DNA from: Phoronis australis
Lineage: Eukaryota; Animalia; Phoronida
Length of the DNA stretch: 64,000 bases
Assembly: GCA_002633005.1 (NCBI GenBank)
Contig: NMRA01000829.1
Span: forward strand, 66,232-130,231
Direction of reading: 5' to 3'
In this document: positions 12,246 to 60,500 of the stretch, in pieces
Layout: each line of letters starts with the position of its first letter
How positions within the stretch are numbered: the first letter of the stretch is position 1
Made by a program: the position numbers and the translations under genes
Notes under the pieces: model-generated
What the model was told of the DNA's origin: nothing
The model's input: only the letters and a program-made list of their open reading frames with translations
The model's database searches: none

Positions 12246-14640
12246 TTGTAACAAAAATGTTTTAATCGCTGGCGTTCGAGCTCGGAGATTAAATTTCGGA
12301 AACCTATTACCCCAAAATGCCAGTTAGTTTAGTTTTCCAAATAGTTCTGTATGGCTTTCTACTAAAGCTACAGATATATAACCCCAAGTTACACATGTCG
12401 GATCTAGGATGTCGAAAGGAGGGGATCAACCTAAATTTTTCTAAATAAAAATGTCCGCGTAATCTAATAAGAACCGGCATGACAAAAACAATGTGCCCAT
12501 GGAATTGTGAAATAACAACACTCCACTAGCAACGTTAGTCTAAAGCTTGGACAGGCCTAAGTGGGCTTCTTGTTGTGTGGATGGAAGAGTATCACAGCAG
12601 ATAAGAAGACACCATGTAGGTGGAGAGACATTTTCGTCCACGAGTCGGTTCACCTAGAACTACATTACATGTCGTGGAAATCGACATCCCGTGAGCTCGC
12701 TTACAAATAATTCGATAAAGAGACAATTTAAAAGAATTAGAAAAGCTGAAGAAATGAAGCCGATTTATCTAAAGCAGAACTAATCGCAACGCGTTTGATG
12801 TCCGATGTTGCGAGAATGTGTCATGCACGTGGTTACGTATGTGAAGATAACCTGACTGGATACTAAGATAGCGCACGATAGTGTTAGCCTACGAAGAAAA
12901 TGTGCATTATATCAATAACCCTGTCTGCGACAGGTAACATGGCTCCGATAATTATCCCTCAGGTATTACTGTTTTCGTGCACCTAACAAACCCAATGCGA
13001 GAGTGTGATATGTATGATACTTATAATTTCAAAGTAATTCACTGATTAATTACTTACGAGGTAACCAAGCATATACTACTGTAATAGACCAACTGGGGTA
13101 AAGTGGTAAAGTACTCACATATATGACGCATAAGATGTCGTGCAGAAGGTAAGCTGTCAAAAACTGAGCATGAAACCGTTGAATTGTGTTCCAGTGCTTG
13201 GGTGAAGATATCTTTTTTCATGTTTTCGGAAAATTTACATTTCGAGAAAACGATCTCATGATATCATGATTTTAACTAAGAATTCAATTCTCATTCCTCG
13301 CACGCGTGAAATAAACGCTTCCTTTTGAATACGCTAATATCACAAGTGCACATCGACGTGCTGCCTGTAATGACGGAGAGATGCTGATTACTTTTGGCGA
13401 TCCATTGACCTGCGTAAGACATTAAAATACTGAAGTAGGCTAGGCTATCTGATTTATAGATTTGTGTTTGGGAATCGGGACCGCCCTTGGGTTCTGTGAA
13501 GAAATGGTATGGAATTAGAAACTTTATCCAAAAGTGTTAAGTATAAGACATAAAAGTCGATGTTAATCGTTAGTGGGCTGTTTACTCTGGACTCTGGGGC
13601 ATGAAATTGTACATGACAGAGGTCCATAGTTTTAGGGAAAGTTTGAAATACTGGAAGACGTTGAGCCACTCGACTGGCCGAGAGTTTATTTTAAATATGC
13701 AGTTGCCTCTTTATGAAGTTTTTAGTGTGTGCTTTCAATGTTTTTTTTTAATTCGATGCCCGTTGTTTAGCCAAAAACATGGTCGGTAAACCAGCTCTTG
13801 ACCTGTCGTGAGTGAGCCACCAAAAACAACGAGACCCGACGAAATCATCCGATCTTCTTTTGCACCTACATTTCGCTAATTTTGACGGGAAGAGGTTTTG
13901 TCCAATTGTTGAAAATTGCTGCACCTGCACACCGTATTCTTTCTATTACGAGATTGGGAGTAAGCTTGAGCCTTTTTATGACTGATGATTGCGTCACCAC
14001 GAGAACATTGACGAAACGCCGAGAAAGTCATGGACTTATTCTCTCCGACTACTTGCAATATGACGCTCTCGCAAAATATCGCTCCAGAAACCACTCGATT
14101 GTCCTTTTGAACAGAGGTCTGAATAGAACACTAGACAAGGATTTTCCCGGTGACATTGTCAAATGAAATCTAACATTTGGCAATTTATGACACTGGTACA
14201 CCTCTCAAGAAAGAAAGAAGCAATCACAGAACAGGGTCTCCGGGAAATGAGTGAGAAACATGACTATAAATGATATCCATAGACATGTTCTCAAAACTCC
14301 AATAAACAAATTTTAAAGTAAACTTAGACAATAGCCAAAAGCAGTGTCGAATTTTCTACACAATGGACACTTGTCATCTTTAGTTCAATTCAATGGAAAA
14401 ATCTTTCATGGAATTCAATCTCAGGGAGCTTTAAATATGTGAAAAAACAAAGGCTTCTTAGAAGTGTTCGACGTGTTCCTATATGGTTCAGTTAAACAAA
14501 GCACCAAATTACTGTGTAGGACTTTTGTCATAACAACGTTTTAGTAACATGTACGTTGATAATGCGTAGGTTTAATTTTTCTTTGTCCGTTTATTGTTCA
14601 TCATAACCACTTCCACCGTCAACAGTATGACGTAGTAAGC

Positions 14641-15740
14641 AACAATTAGAGCAACGCGGAGCGTTGAAATGCGCCCACGAATGCATCGCAAATAGTGTGC
14701 TTTTAGGGTTGTTTATTTATGTTATAAAAATGGCCACTAGATGGCGCAAAAACGAACAATCCAACCAAAAACGGGAACATGTCATTGCTTCTTTAATAGA
14801 AAGCTATATACGAAATTTCATAGAAATCTGTCTCGGAACTTAGAGAAACAAACGAAAACAAAATAAAATGAAATTGCCACTAGGGAGCACACTGTTCATT
14901 GGATAAGCCTGAAAGTCGTCATCGTCTGTTATTAGCTTCATATAAAAACACTAACTAATTAAATTTAATAACGATCCTGTAATAGGTTTAGGAAACACAG
15001 CTATGGGCACAAAGCAAAAAACAAAAAACAAAAGAAAACTTCCACTAAGAGGCGCCACAGTAGTCAAAGTTGTCATCGTCAACCATCCTCTTTACACTGA
15101 GAACATATACGCCAATTTTCAAAACCATCCCAAGAATGATTTGGTTCAGAGGGTAGACGCCAAAAAAAAAAACAGACTCGAAAACAGCAAAAATGGCCAC
15201 TAGGTGACGCCGCAAAATATCTTGATTCCATCCAAAAACGGGAGGATAGCGTCATCTCACCAATAGATGCCCGAATTCAAGATTTTATGAAAATCCGTTG
15301 AGGACCTTAGTGAAGATACAGAAGTAAACGTAAAATTAAAATTACCACCAGGGGGCACACCAGTAGTCATATCCATCCGAAAATTGTCGTCATCCGTTGT
15401 GAACAGCATCTAAACACACCTGTTAAATTTAGTAAAGATCCTACTAACGGTTTAGGAGACACAGCCATGGGCGCAAACAAGGAAACTGCCACAGTAGTCG
15501 AAGACATCAGAAAATCATCGCTAGCCGTCCATGCTCTTCATAGGAAAACCATAGCCTACATGACAATTTTCACAATTATCCTGAAAGGGGTTTGGTTGAT
15601 GGAGGGGTGGACGCCAAAACCAGACTCAAAAACAGTAAATATGGCCACCAAGTGGCGCAAACTAGGTCGAATCCATCTGAAAACGGAAAGATATCGTCAC
15701 CTCACTACAGAAGACTGTTCACCAATCTTTTGTCTGGTAT
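14641..15740 (-). mobile_element. HINE/DINE-1-like (Helentron-associated) element, partial, minus orientation
   Basis: Begins with the reverse complement of the 3' terminus at 21720-21768 (gagcaacgcggagcgttgaaatgcgcccac); internal ~150-bp repeats (ggccactag..ggcgc) match 20880-21400. Confidence 0.75.
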
Positions 15741-17199
15741 GACAGGCAGGCCACTTATCTACCAGGCTTATTACAGCCAAAGTGTGAACACAGTCAGACC
15801 CAGTCGCGAATCGGAAAAATATATATTGTCGTAACTTCTGTTGCAGTTGGGCGATTTTGGCGATCAGCATTTGGCGACGAATTCAGAAATGCCATTGGTT
15901 TATGTTCAAATATGTTATAACTTAACTTTTATTTTTAATAGTAGAGCCCAGTCAGGCTAGATAGGCCTACGACTCTTATTGGAAATTAGCCTGAGAGCAA
16001 TTTTTAAATTTTATTTTAAAACAAAGTTTCTGCGTTGAAAGCTTACATAATTAATTGTTATGTAATTGATATCAACACCTGGAATATAGCTATCTCCGCC
16101 CCCAACCTTTTGGTTGAGGGGCACCTCCCCCCGTTTTTTGCTCCTATCTCTTCTTCAGCAGATCCATTTGATGTTTATTACATTCCCAAAATCCAACAGG
16201 TTCAGTACCTGCCCATTCTCCAGTAACCTACTTTCATCTGCTCAGCTCTTATTACTGAGTCTCCCTCTTGCTTATGATGTATTTCTCGTAATTTATATTA
16301 CCTTTGCTGCACAAATTTTTTCTTGATTTACTCTATATTTTGCCTATGTGTTTTTTCCATTACAGTGCTCGTGTGTTTTTTGTTTTCAATATTTTAAACA
16401 AAGACACTTCACTGACAATTTTGAATTTAACAAACTAAGATTGGCCATAGTCAATGCCTTGCGTACTTCGTCGGCCCACACACACCCGCTAGGTGTCGCA
16501 ACGGTCCATGATATAATAATGGCGGCGGCCTTGGTGAATAGTCTTGTTAACGTCTTTGTCGTTGGTCTGTATAGGAGACTATCTAGGTCATTCCATGCAA
16601 TATCCAATGAGATAGCTCATTGGAAATAACAGCGATAATGATTCGGTGTCCGGCGATTCACTGATGCATTAGACAACAAAAATAAAATCCTAAACACTTT
16701 CGAGTTTTAAATAGGCCTACATATTTACGATCACGTAGGACTTAAGAAAACTTTTTTCGACGTACAAGAAATACTTTTTTAATTGAGTGCATTTTCTTAG
16801 CAACTGATGAGCCAACAAACCAAGGTTGAACCTTAACCCCTGACCTATTTATTTTATTTTATTTGCAGACACACTGAACAAGGTTGTAGATTTCGCAATG
16901 CCAGATTGCGCAAAATTTCTTCCTATTTAGTTCTTAATCTGTCAACTGGTTAAGTCATTCAAGAGTAGCCTATCACATAGATACTCATGTGCAACCCAAG
17001 AGCACATTTCACAAGCTAATTATTATATTGGACAAATTAAGCTAGGTGTTTTCCATACCAACGAAGTCTAAGGTCAGTAAGGAATCGGCTCGGTGATCAA
17101 ACTCCAAACTAGGCAGGACGCCGAACGGCGGTGAGCGCTGCGGTAAGTCGATTTCATTCTAAGTTCTTGTAAGTTCTGGTTCAGTGATTGTATTAATTA

Positions 17200-17826
17200 A
17201 TCACAATCATACGCTAAAGTCGGTCAAGGAGGCTAAATATTTGGGCGTGACCATCTCGCATGACGTCAAATGGTCATCCCACAGAAGCAACATTCAGAAG
17301 AAAGTAAATTATGGCTTTCTTCGGCCAAACTTGCGTATAAGTAGCCAACGATGTAAGGAGTTTGCGTATAAAACAATGGTTCGACCCACCTTGGAATATG
17401 CCTCTACTGTTTGGGACCCTTATACCCAAAAAGACATTGCAGCTGTAGAGAAAGTAGGCTGCAGAGGAGAGCTGCTCGCTGGGTCACGAGACGGTTCAAT
17501 CGTCTATCCTCTGTAGTGTTGGTTCAATGTTAGAAACCTTAAGCTGGCCTACCCTCAGTCACAAACGCAAAGTCTGTCGGCTGAAAATGCTTTATAAATA
17601 TGACAAGAAGTCAGTGATCATAAACTCTGATGTTGCCCCTATTGCAGATCTTACTGTCTCGAGCATCTGTACCAGAAGGTCATCCACTTATGGTATTCCA
17701 ATAAATAGGACAGATTACAGGAATGAAAAACATTCTTTCCTAGAACAGTCGCGGACTGGAATAGCTTGCTGGGCTGCATTACATCAGTTCCTTCTCTTGA
17801 TATTTTTGTCTGCCTTTCTGAAGTAA
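17200..17826 (+). pseudogene. Non-LTR retrotransposon (CR1/L2-group LINE) ORF2 C-terminal remnant, frameshifted
   Basis: KYLGVTISHDVKWSSH...AYKTMVRPTLEYASTVWDPY...EKV, then in another frame MLETLSWPTLSHKRK; typical RT thumb/C-terminal region of LINE ORF2. Confidence 0.88.
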
Positions 17827-18385
17827 CATAGTTCAGTGGGTAAACATCATATGTCGAGAAAATGAAGTCTGAAGTAACAGTGCAACACACGTGTCTAATA
17901 ACACTAAAAAACAGAATAAAAACCTGTAGGAAATAATCCCTGAGTAAAGCTAACACAATTCTGGTTAAAAATACCTTATATCTCATGAATTTAACACAAG
18001 AAATCCTGTACACTTCAACACACCAAGATCAACGAAACGAAATGACAGCGACCGCTTATTCCAATACGGGCCAGAAACTACTTCCCGTATTTGAATGATG
18101 ACGCCATTCCAATACGGGCCAGATTCCAATACCGGTCGGAGCATGGGCACTTTAACCAAGAAGAAGAACTAGAAGAGGGATATTTCAATTTATGCTCACC
18201 CCCACTGCTGACTAAAGATAAATTGATTCTAGTATCTTCTTTTGATTGTGATTGCTTTAGACTGGCCTTGTTATCTTTGCAATAGCAGGCGACAGAACCA
18301 GCAAAATCACCGACACATATTCTGGGATGGTTTGTCTGACTTTAATCGTGAAACTGGAATATGGTCTCTCTCACATTTCAGGATT

Positions 18386-51875
<33,490 letters not shown>

Positions 51876-52709
51876 ACAACCACCCTGAGTTATCAGGCAT
51901 GGGGAATGTAGCAAAGTGGTTTGTTGAGGTCGTTTCTAGTGCATCACGCCTGGTACGACATCCATCTTGAGATATGTATGTGATTCCTCTGGAGTGTCAT
52001 GATTTTTGTGTCGTTAGCAGACACAATTTATGGCGTGTGACACTTTCACTTTTCTGTGACTGTGCCATGTCTGGTAGAGGGCGTCACAGGCCTTGAATTG
52101 ATTTGTCTCAGACTTGCTTTGTCTTGAAAGTGACAATTTCTGGGGCTGTGAAAGCGCACTAAATCACTTAGATATTGTTTTTAACTTACCTCTTTTTAAT
52201 TACAAATTCCTGGAACTCCTTATACTTAAGCCAGTAACATTTATGATCTTAAACCTTTGCTTTTGTATAGGAAATCTACAGTATGTCAAGGTAACATTTG
52301 TAATTGTATATGTTTTAACTTCTTAGAGCGAATGAAGTTCATGGATTACTAACTTTCATTGTTACTTCTGCCTCAGACTTATTTTCTTCAAGTTTGAAGT
52401 TGGCAACTTTAACTTAACCAGTTTTTGTTCCGTGTAGATTTATAAATGCTTTTATTCGAATTTCACCTTAAGATCCAGTGCATGTCCGACATACTCACCT
52501 TTGTGCCATGCAATGTTTTAATTTCTTGCAAAGTCCACCGGCCCACATTACAATGATGAATCAAATGGACAATAATTATCAGCGCACCGTCATTAGCAGC
52601 AAATACATTGGATTATAACGGGTTACCTAGCAACGTCTTTCTTTTCTTCTCTACCTCCAGCTAGTATTTACACACGTTTTTCAAATCAGTTTTGAGAGCT
52701 TACAATTCT

Positions 52710-52715
52710 AATAAA
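52710..52715 (+). other. Candidate polyadenylation signal for the ABCA5-like mRNA
   Basis: First AATAAA I found after the stop codon, about 835 nt downstream; not verified. Confidence 0.3.
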
Positions 52716-53271
52716 GTTTCCAAAACTAATGTTATATATATTCAATGTCAGGTATCTTTGGTGGATATCTGTATGGAGGACATTCATGCTAAAGGTGTAT
52801 TTTAGTTTCTTTCTCTCTCATATTACAGCTGTGACATACTCTGTCCTCCCTGTCAGTCCCACTATATCTTCCTTCTTTATCGTCTGCTCAGTGAAAATCG
52901 CACAACTGAAGCTAGCAAACACACGAATGTGATCTAATCCTAGACAAGTGACATATTGTTCCATGACTACGTTGTTTTTAAACAATGCCTATGCATCAAG
53001 TCTGAGCTTGCCTGACAAGTCGGAATGCCAACTCTGCTGGTTCAAATCATGACATTTTTGAGGAAACACACTTGCGAAGGCCAATTCATTCACTGCACCT
53101 TGATTTATCCTAACAAAACCAAAACCAGAATGAAGATGACAAATTCTTAACTTCTAATAGTGCCTCATTGGAGAAAGGTCTAGAGTTGAAGTGCAAGATC
53201 AGTTGAGTATTCTTTTGAATTTGTGTAGCCTAGTTACTGTTGCCTAGTTACTGTTGCCTAGTTACTGAAGC

Positions 53272-53567
53272 TGGGTTCTCTTTCATGAAAACGGTTTAAT
53301 AATTCTTAGGCAGAAATTTGGTCTGGCACTCCTACTTCACAAGTAGCAAATTGCACTCCTACTTCTCAAGTAGTAAATGAAGGTTTAGTCATGTCATTAT
53401 TGGCACATCACTAGCTGGAAATAATTTGTACAAATTTTGTCAGGAAGTAGTTGTTACTTAAATCTTTTGGTAAAGTGACTTGATTATTTTACACAAATAG
53501 TTGTGTGGAGTTTAAGACCAAATTTATGACTTAGGTCTTAAGTTACTTTTCATAAAACAGATCCCAG
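53272..53567. mobile_element. Degenerate Harbinger-like MITE
   Basis: ctgggttctctttcatgaaaa ... ttttcataaaacagatcccag imperfect TIRs with CTG/CAG ends. Confidence 0.5.
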
Positions 53568-54439
53568 GGAAAGCCATCTTTTTGAATAGAAAAGTGTATT
53601 TACTCTGGCTCAGTGGACCAGGATTTTCAAGCGTATTTACACTGACTCAGTGGACCAGGATTTTCAAGTGCAACACTTTGTTTGTTAGAATGTTGGATCC
53701 TTGGACAGTTGAAGCATGATGTGTTTCATCGTCAGTTTTTTGGTGACACACTTAGCAAGGTGCTCCATTCAATTATTTTTTAATTGCTCAGTCTAGATCT
53801 GTCTCGATTTATGCGTATGTCTGAAGGGTTCACGTACCTAGTTACGAAGTGTGGGTTGGCAGAAACGAGTGGGTTGAAGTTTTAAAATCAGACATTGACA
53901 AAATCTTCAATCCTCAGAACATTAACAAAATTTTGCAGTAAAAGCTTTCCCCTGCACGTCAAGCGCTTTTTGCCATCAGTTTTTGCTTCCGTTCACCACG
54001 ACGGGGGAGTGGGGGGGGGTGGGGGGCACTCGGGACTTGTACAGGGTTTGTCATTAGTTTAAAAACTTGTTCTTCCCATTACGCTGTTTAGCTAATTTTG
54101 CCGAATTCAGCTAGTAAGTTAACCAAGACATTGTTTATATTATGAAGTATTGCAAAAAACTTTTTAACCTAATTTCATAACTTATTTATTCAGGAGGATT
54201 TTCAAGTAACTGTACTTGATTTAAGTTGTTTTTATGTAATGTCAGCTGTCAAAACAAGACTCGGGTAGATAAGCCAAAGGTTTGGTCTCTTACTACATGA
54301 CACTGGACAATAGGAGTGTAAAATTTTGTATTGTGTTACAAGAGTACTTGGTGTATTTTTGCATTTCTAGGCAATGTTTTATGAAAGTTATACATAATGG
54401 CAACAATTTTGTCCAGTTATCATGTCCTTTCTGTATCAT

Positions 54440-54860
54440 CATCAAGATATGCATGGCTACTGGTACACCAGGATATCTTATATCATAACAATGGCATCAG
54501 GATAGAGCATTAGGATATCGCATGAAGTTGACATGATATTAAGATATCCTGTGTTGCTACATTGATATTATAATATTGTGAAATTAAGACATCAAGTATT
54601 GCTTTTGATATCGTGTGTTTCTACATTGACACTATAGTGTCATGAATTTATGATATCACGTTTTGTTAGATGGTAAGGAGATATTACATGTTATTGAAAT
54701 GAAATTAAGGCACCACATGTCGGTACAATGAAATCAAAATATAACATATTGCTGCCATAGTTTCAAGATATCACATGTGGCTGCAGTCCAACCAAGATGT
54801 CATGTAGCTACAATGACATCGATATATCACTTGTTGTTACAATGGTATCAGGTTAGCATG
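54440..54860. repeat. Degenerate ~32-bp tandem array (gatatcacatgttgctaca..)
   Basis: Recurrent aagatatc.c.tgt.gctaca cores. Confidence 0.55.
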
Positions 54861-57276
54861 GAACAGTGCTGTTGTTGCAATCATATGTGAGCCGGAAGCC
54901 AGCAGTATCCCTGAATCTAATCCCCTCTTCCATGGTACGATAATGACATATCTGCCACTATTATGGTGAAATTTGGACCTACAAATACGAATAGAAATGC
55001 AGTCACATCGCAGTTTCTAATATTTTGCAGGGCTTTATTTTTTGATTGAGGCAACTGTGGGGGCAATTTTTGCGTTTGAATGGTTTTTAGAATAATGTGT
55101 TTGGATTAATGTGTGTGCTCTGGCAACCATTGCACCCATTGTGTGCTCCTGGAAATTTGAGAAGGAGTGAGATTGATCAGCTCCATAGCCTGGTTAAAAT
55201 TTCCAAGGCCTTAGTAATTTGTCGTGATGTGTAATTCTGGCCTAATTATTGTCATTGTTTTTAATTTTAGCATTTTAATTTTATTTCACTGGGTCCAAAA
55301 TGTCAAAATGACATTATACTAAACAAGCCAATACTGGAAATTGTTATTCGATTCAGTAGAAGTACTTTTGTTTCACTTAATTTTATGAATTTGCAGAGAA
55401 AGCTGTTAACCAAGAATAGGAATTTCTTTGTTGCTTCAAGTTTTTTTATTGATTATTAACACTAAATGTGATGATTTAAATTATTTACTTGTATTACATT
55501 CCTTATAAAAATGATATTTGGGGATCTTAAACTGTTATTGGAAAAATTGTTTGGCTGCTTACTTTGTCCTTCAATGGAGTGTTTGTTATATGTTTTGTGA
55601 AGAGGTGTATACAAGGATTTTAGTATTAAAGTTATAAAATTATATTAACCAAGATGCGGAATTACTTTTTGTATTAAATTATGATGATTGCAATTGATTT
55701 TTAATGTTTTTACATGAGATTTAGATCATTTAATTTCATTTAAGTATTTTAGGTGTGATGGCTGATATTTAAATTATTTATTGTACCCTGTTATTGTTAT
55801 AGCAATGTGTAGTTGTACTGTTCTAGTCCATTTATTTGTTGTGTGCGTTCATTTTGGTCATTAGGGACTTGTAGGCTGGTGATCCCAAAATGCCACAATT
55901 TATGCCTTTATCTTTCCCAAAGTCTTTATGAATTAAAAATCTCTGAAAACAAAATCAACAATTTTGATGTTAGTTATTGGTATGTGGTGAGTCTGTTGTT
56001 TCATCACCCTTTAAGTCAATAGAATTTTGATGTAGCCCACTGATATTAAAATGATCTCAACTGGGTGCCCCTTACGCCCGTTAGAAGTAATTTCTAGGCT
56101 CCAAAAACTGAATAGTTTGTTTTGCTCGAGGCCATGCACTGCATGTAAAATGACCAACAAGGTCTTCCAGTTTATCGAGTGTGGTCTCGAGCAATAACTT
56201 ACTTTCATTTCTTCTAAGCTCAAAAACATCTTCGAATATAAGTCAGAAACAATTTCAGACCCATTTTGTAATGACAACTGCCCTCACTAAGTCAAAAGTC
56301 CTATTATTTACAGAAGGCAGAAGGCAAACTTGATGGTAGTCGAGGGGGTTGTGGGTCGAGGCGTGTGGGGGTCAATGGGGTTTTAGAACAATCCTAATCG
56401 TTCAGGTTTCTACACGAAATTAATGTTGCACATTGTAAAAGCATCAAACAAGTACGCCTTGAGTTAAACATTTGTACCTATTACTAAAAAGGATATACTT
56501 TTTACCGGTCAAACAATTGAATATTGGCAGACTCAATATTAAAGATTTCAAAGCTTTTTGAATCCTAAGAAATTAATCAAAGCACTGAGATTCAAGCCAT
56601 TGACATGAAGTCAAAAATTTGAGAAAAGAATTTTGGAATCAAAATTTTCCATTGTACGAAACATTCAACGTATTCCAAATATTAGACGATTTTCATTCGT
56701 AATTTGGTTTATGGAGATCGCTAACAAACAAATGTTTATCACACAACTGAAATTTGTACGTTTGTATGTTGTGCTACTGAGGTTCAGAATGTATAGTCTT
56801 AAGTTTAGCAATGTTTGAAACAAAAGCAATCCACGAAGGAAGTTTGATGAACATATTGTGAGCGACGTTTCATTTATGATGTACTAATGGGCTAACCTTT
56901 TTCTATCTACTAATATGTTATAGTTAACAGCGGCGAACCTAGGACACCATATGTTGCATCGGCAATTGGGTAAAGCGCGATTGTATGTGCACAGGCGGCC
57001 CGAAAGTTGCGGGGGCCGGGGATGTGGACCCTCTGTTCACAAAATCTATCGGTGGACTAAACAAAAACCGGAACACGATTCCGCCGTGGTCTGAGCCCCC
57101 CTCATCCGCCCGTTACTGAACTCAATTTTTTCTTACGCTTCACGATGTTGCTATTTTTGCTATCTGATTTTGCTTGCGGCAGTCAACGGGGGCCGGGCCC
57201 CCTCCCCCTAAATCCGCCTATAGTTAAATAATGAATATAGCACATTGGTTGCCACGCGTCACAAGTCAAGAAGAAA

Positions 57277-57552
57277 ATGGCGTCTGGTAGTGCAGTTGAC
57301 ACGGGTAATCTGGAGACAATTCCCGACGACTTTTCAGTCAGCTATTTTCCGAAAGGAGATAATTTTGGGGAAAGAGTCGAGAGAAGGGCCTTAGGTTACT
57401 ATCTGCAAGGTTACATCAGCGACATAATAATTTACAGTTGTGAGAATGAAGTAAACGTATGGGCCAAGTGCTCACCACCGATGCGCAGAGAAGCCGCATG
57501 AAATACGCATGCAAATAGCTGGGACAAGGATTTTAGATTCGTTTTGTTCTTG
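57277..57552 (+). pseudogene. Frameshifted first exon of a SWIM-finger ORF typical of ISL2EU/Kolobok-type DNA transposon accessory (YqaJ-associated) genes
   Basis: RALGYYLQGYISDI...VWAKCSPPMRR / (K)PHEIRMQIAGTRILDSFCSC| followed by donor GTAAGG; family assignment from a recalled motif. Confidence 0.55.
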
Positions 57553-60500
57553 GTAAGGGTTAGTGAACACTGGTAAAATTATTGTTGTTCTTTTATAACT
57601 CCAGCTCCCGTTGTTATTGGTTTTCCATCTAAGAAGTAATCGTTGCTGGCTTTTCTCAAGGGTATCACCCGGAGGATACTCTCGTAGAACAGGCCTAACG
57701 ATACAACAAAATGCTTTAGACCAGCTATTTTATTGTATAGAAAGGACTCTTCTAGTTACCTTTCTTTAGCCCCAGCCCCTCACAAAAAGTCTCTTACTCT
57801 TGAAATTGTAGTTTCACAACTTCAAGAACATCTCAGATCAGCTGAGCTGCACAATTATACTCCAACAGTGGCAAGTGCTTAGCGGTACAAAAATAGCACC
57901 CAATAATCTAATAGTTGCCAAGGCTGCTGAGACATGAAAGATTTGTAATGTAAAAACTACAACGCCGGTAAGAACTAATTTGTGATATATTTTCAATAAA
58001 TCAAAATACGTCACATGCTCGCTAAATCTCGCAAGTGTAAAAGTTATTGAGAGACTGGGACGCGCTTGAATTCTAACCCAGCTAATGCTAAAAGCAATGT
58101 TATCGTTGATTTATCCGAAGATTAGTAAATGGCATTCCACTTTTATCCAACAACCAGCCTATTATAGTCGTGTTTAAGACTACGGTGAAATATGTTTGTG
58201 TATTTGTGTCAGTGAAAGATGTGGTCGGCAAACATGTAAATTTAAACCAGATAAGCATAAAAAGTATACTATTTCAAAACGAAATGGTGGAACATGAGTC
58301 ACAACGCAGATAGACTTGTGATCTCAATGCCCATTGATCATCACACTGAGCAGGACATTGTCCACTACTGAATACACGTGACATTCCATTTTCGCATTTT
58401 ATAAAGGTAACCTGGTTTACAGGAAAGGTTTGCAACTGAAATAGCAATTGGAAAAAATCAGAGTGAGAGAAATGAGAGACAATTAGAAATGTTGAAGTAC
58501 GCATACCGGTGTTTCCCGTAGATAAGCCCACCCGATAAAACGCCCATGGGCTTTTATTCGGTGTTACAACTTGTGGTGTCAAGTCCCCAGACAGTGGGTT
58601 GCTTATTTGGAAATTTTCCTCTTAAAAGCCCACTCAGAGTCAACTTTTTGTCACAAATTGAGTTTCGTGAAGCATTTGTCATTTATAAAAACGAACAAGG
58701 CGTTGGCGAACCATGTAATGGCCATACAGGATATAATTTACTTGACCTTCCACTGTAATAAGCCTCTGAGGTTTTAATTTTAGTGTTATAGAGTTGGAGT
58801 TGAGACAAGTTTTACTTCGTTTTATCTGAAACGAGTATGTTTGTGTAGAAGATGGTACATTCAAGATCTAAGTCTATGGTAAGTCTTTCAACTTTCTTTA
58901 TAATCAAAATATTTAAATAATTGCATTTTTATGTCTTTGAAATTCCTTTATATTTTAATATTTTGATTATTTAAGTAATTGCAAATTCAAGTATCAGATT
59001 GGCCTAATGGACGGCTAACATGCATTTGGCAGGGTCCTAGAAACTATTTCTAAAGCAGGAGATGCTGCCAAATACTTGCATCTGTCCCTCCTAAAAATAT
59101 TTCAAAATCTAACCACCTCTTTACTATGAGTTGAAGAATTCTTTTTACTATAAAAACTCCAGAGAGCCGTAGATTTCTATGCTTTATATAGCTGAGAATA
59201 ATTGCACTTCGTAAGATTTTCCAGATTCACTGTGAAATGGTGCCTTTTCTGAGAGAATTCCTTACAAATGGGTGCCCTTTCCATTTTGTGGACTAGAACG
59301 CTACAAAATGTTCTCTCAGATGGAATCCCTCGATCAAATAACTAAGTAATAATTCTACATGTAACAAATTCCAATCAGAAGAAAATAAGCATATGTACAT
59401 ACTAGGATTTCCACTGAAGCATATCTTGAAGGACTGAGTTAAATCGCTCATAAAACTTTTACACCTTGGTCCGGTTCACTCCTAAATTGTCAAGCACGAA
59501 TTTTTTCTCAAAAATATTTTATACTTCAAACAAGCCTGGAAAATTAGCGACCAAAGGTATAGATGTGCTGCGTTGCTTGCCCAGTTCTTAGATGTACTTA
59601 GATGTAGCATGAAACAGTACATGTTTTCACATAGATATAATGTGAGTGATTTAGTATCAAGTCAGTGACTGGAAACTAAATCTCAAACTTGAAATGGGAA
59701 ATTATAGGATAAAAAAAATTACTGAAGTTATTTTGTCTGAATTGCCATAATATACAGATTCTCAAATCTTTGCTAACCATGTGCCTAGAATGTGTATTCA
59801 CTAAACATATTTTCTGTTGTCATTAAAAGGCCGGCACAAACACCAGACCAGACCATGTGCAAAATACCTAAAATATCTTTGAATTCTTTTAGAAACTTTG
59901 ATGTCTGCTGAAAAGACTCAATATTAAGGGATGGTTGGTCCAAAGATTTTGTGGCTCGATTGGTCAATAATCCGAAGAAGAAGGGGAACTTTATCTTGCG
60001 TTATCAACTCGGTAGTTACCAAGAATAATTTACAACATGAAAGTGTTCGTAGCTTGTTCAGGTTGTTGTTCGTTGAATAACCATAATTTCAAGAGAGCTT
60101 TGCCTGCTTTACAGAGCTTTACAGAATTGTGAAAGATGGAGAATATGATGTAAAATTATCTGAAATCCTGAAGACGTTTAAATCTGTAGATTACGGTATA
60201 ATTTAAAAAACTATTAACAAGTTTTCTGTTCCGACTATTGGCTTTTCGGACTATAGATCCCATTGTTTTCGGACTATAGACCCCTTGGACTACAGACAGC
60301 ATTTCATTTCTATTGACAGTTTTGATTTTTTTCAGATGAAAATGTTGTCAATCCATTCAGTTCAAGTGACAATGATACAGACAAAGGTAGAATTTGGTGC
60401 TTGTTTTCTCAGAGTAGGGAAACATCCAACTTCACATGGGTGAGTTAGGAAGGTGGCGTGAGTTTCACATAAATAAAGTATTATGGGAAATATACATATA

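Noticed and set aside
13770-13830. Minus-strand RQVKSWF resembling homeodomain helix 3
   Set aside because: Lacks the invariant Asn and basic tail, and has no upstream helices in frame
52000-56900. Many short ORFs downstream of ABCA
   Set aside because: AT-rich 3' UTR/intergenic sequence with no domain motifs or coherent exon chain
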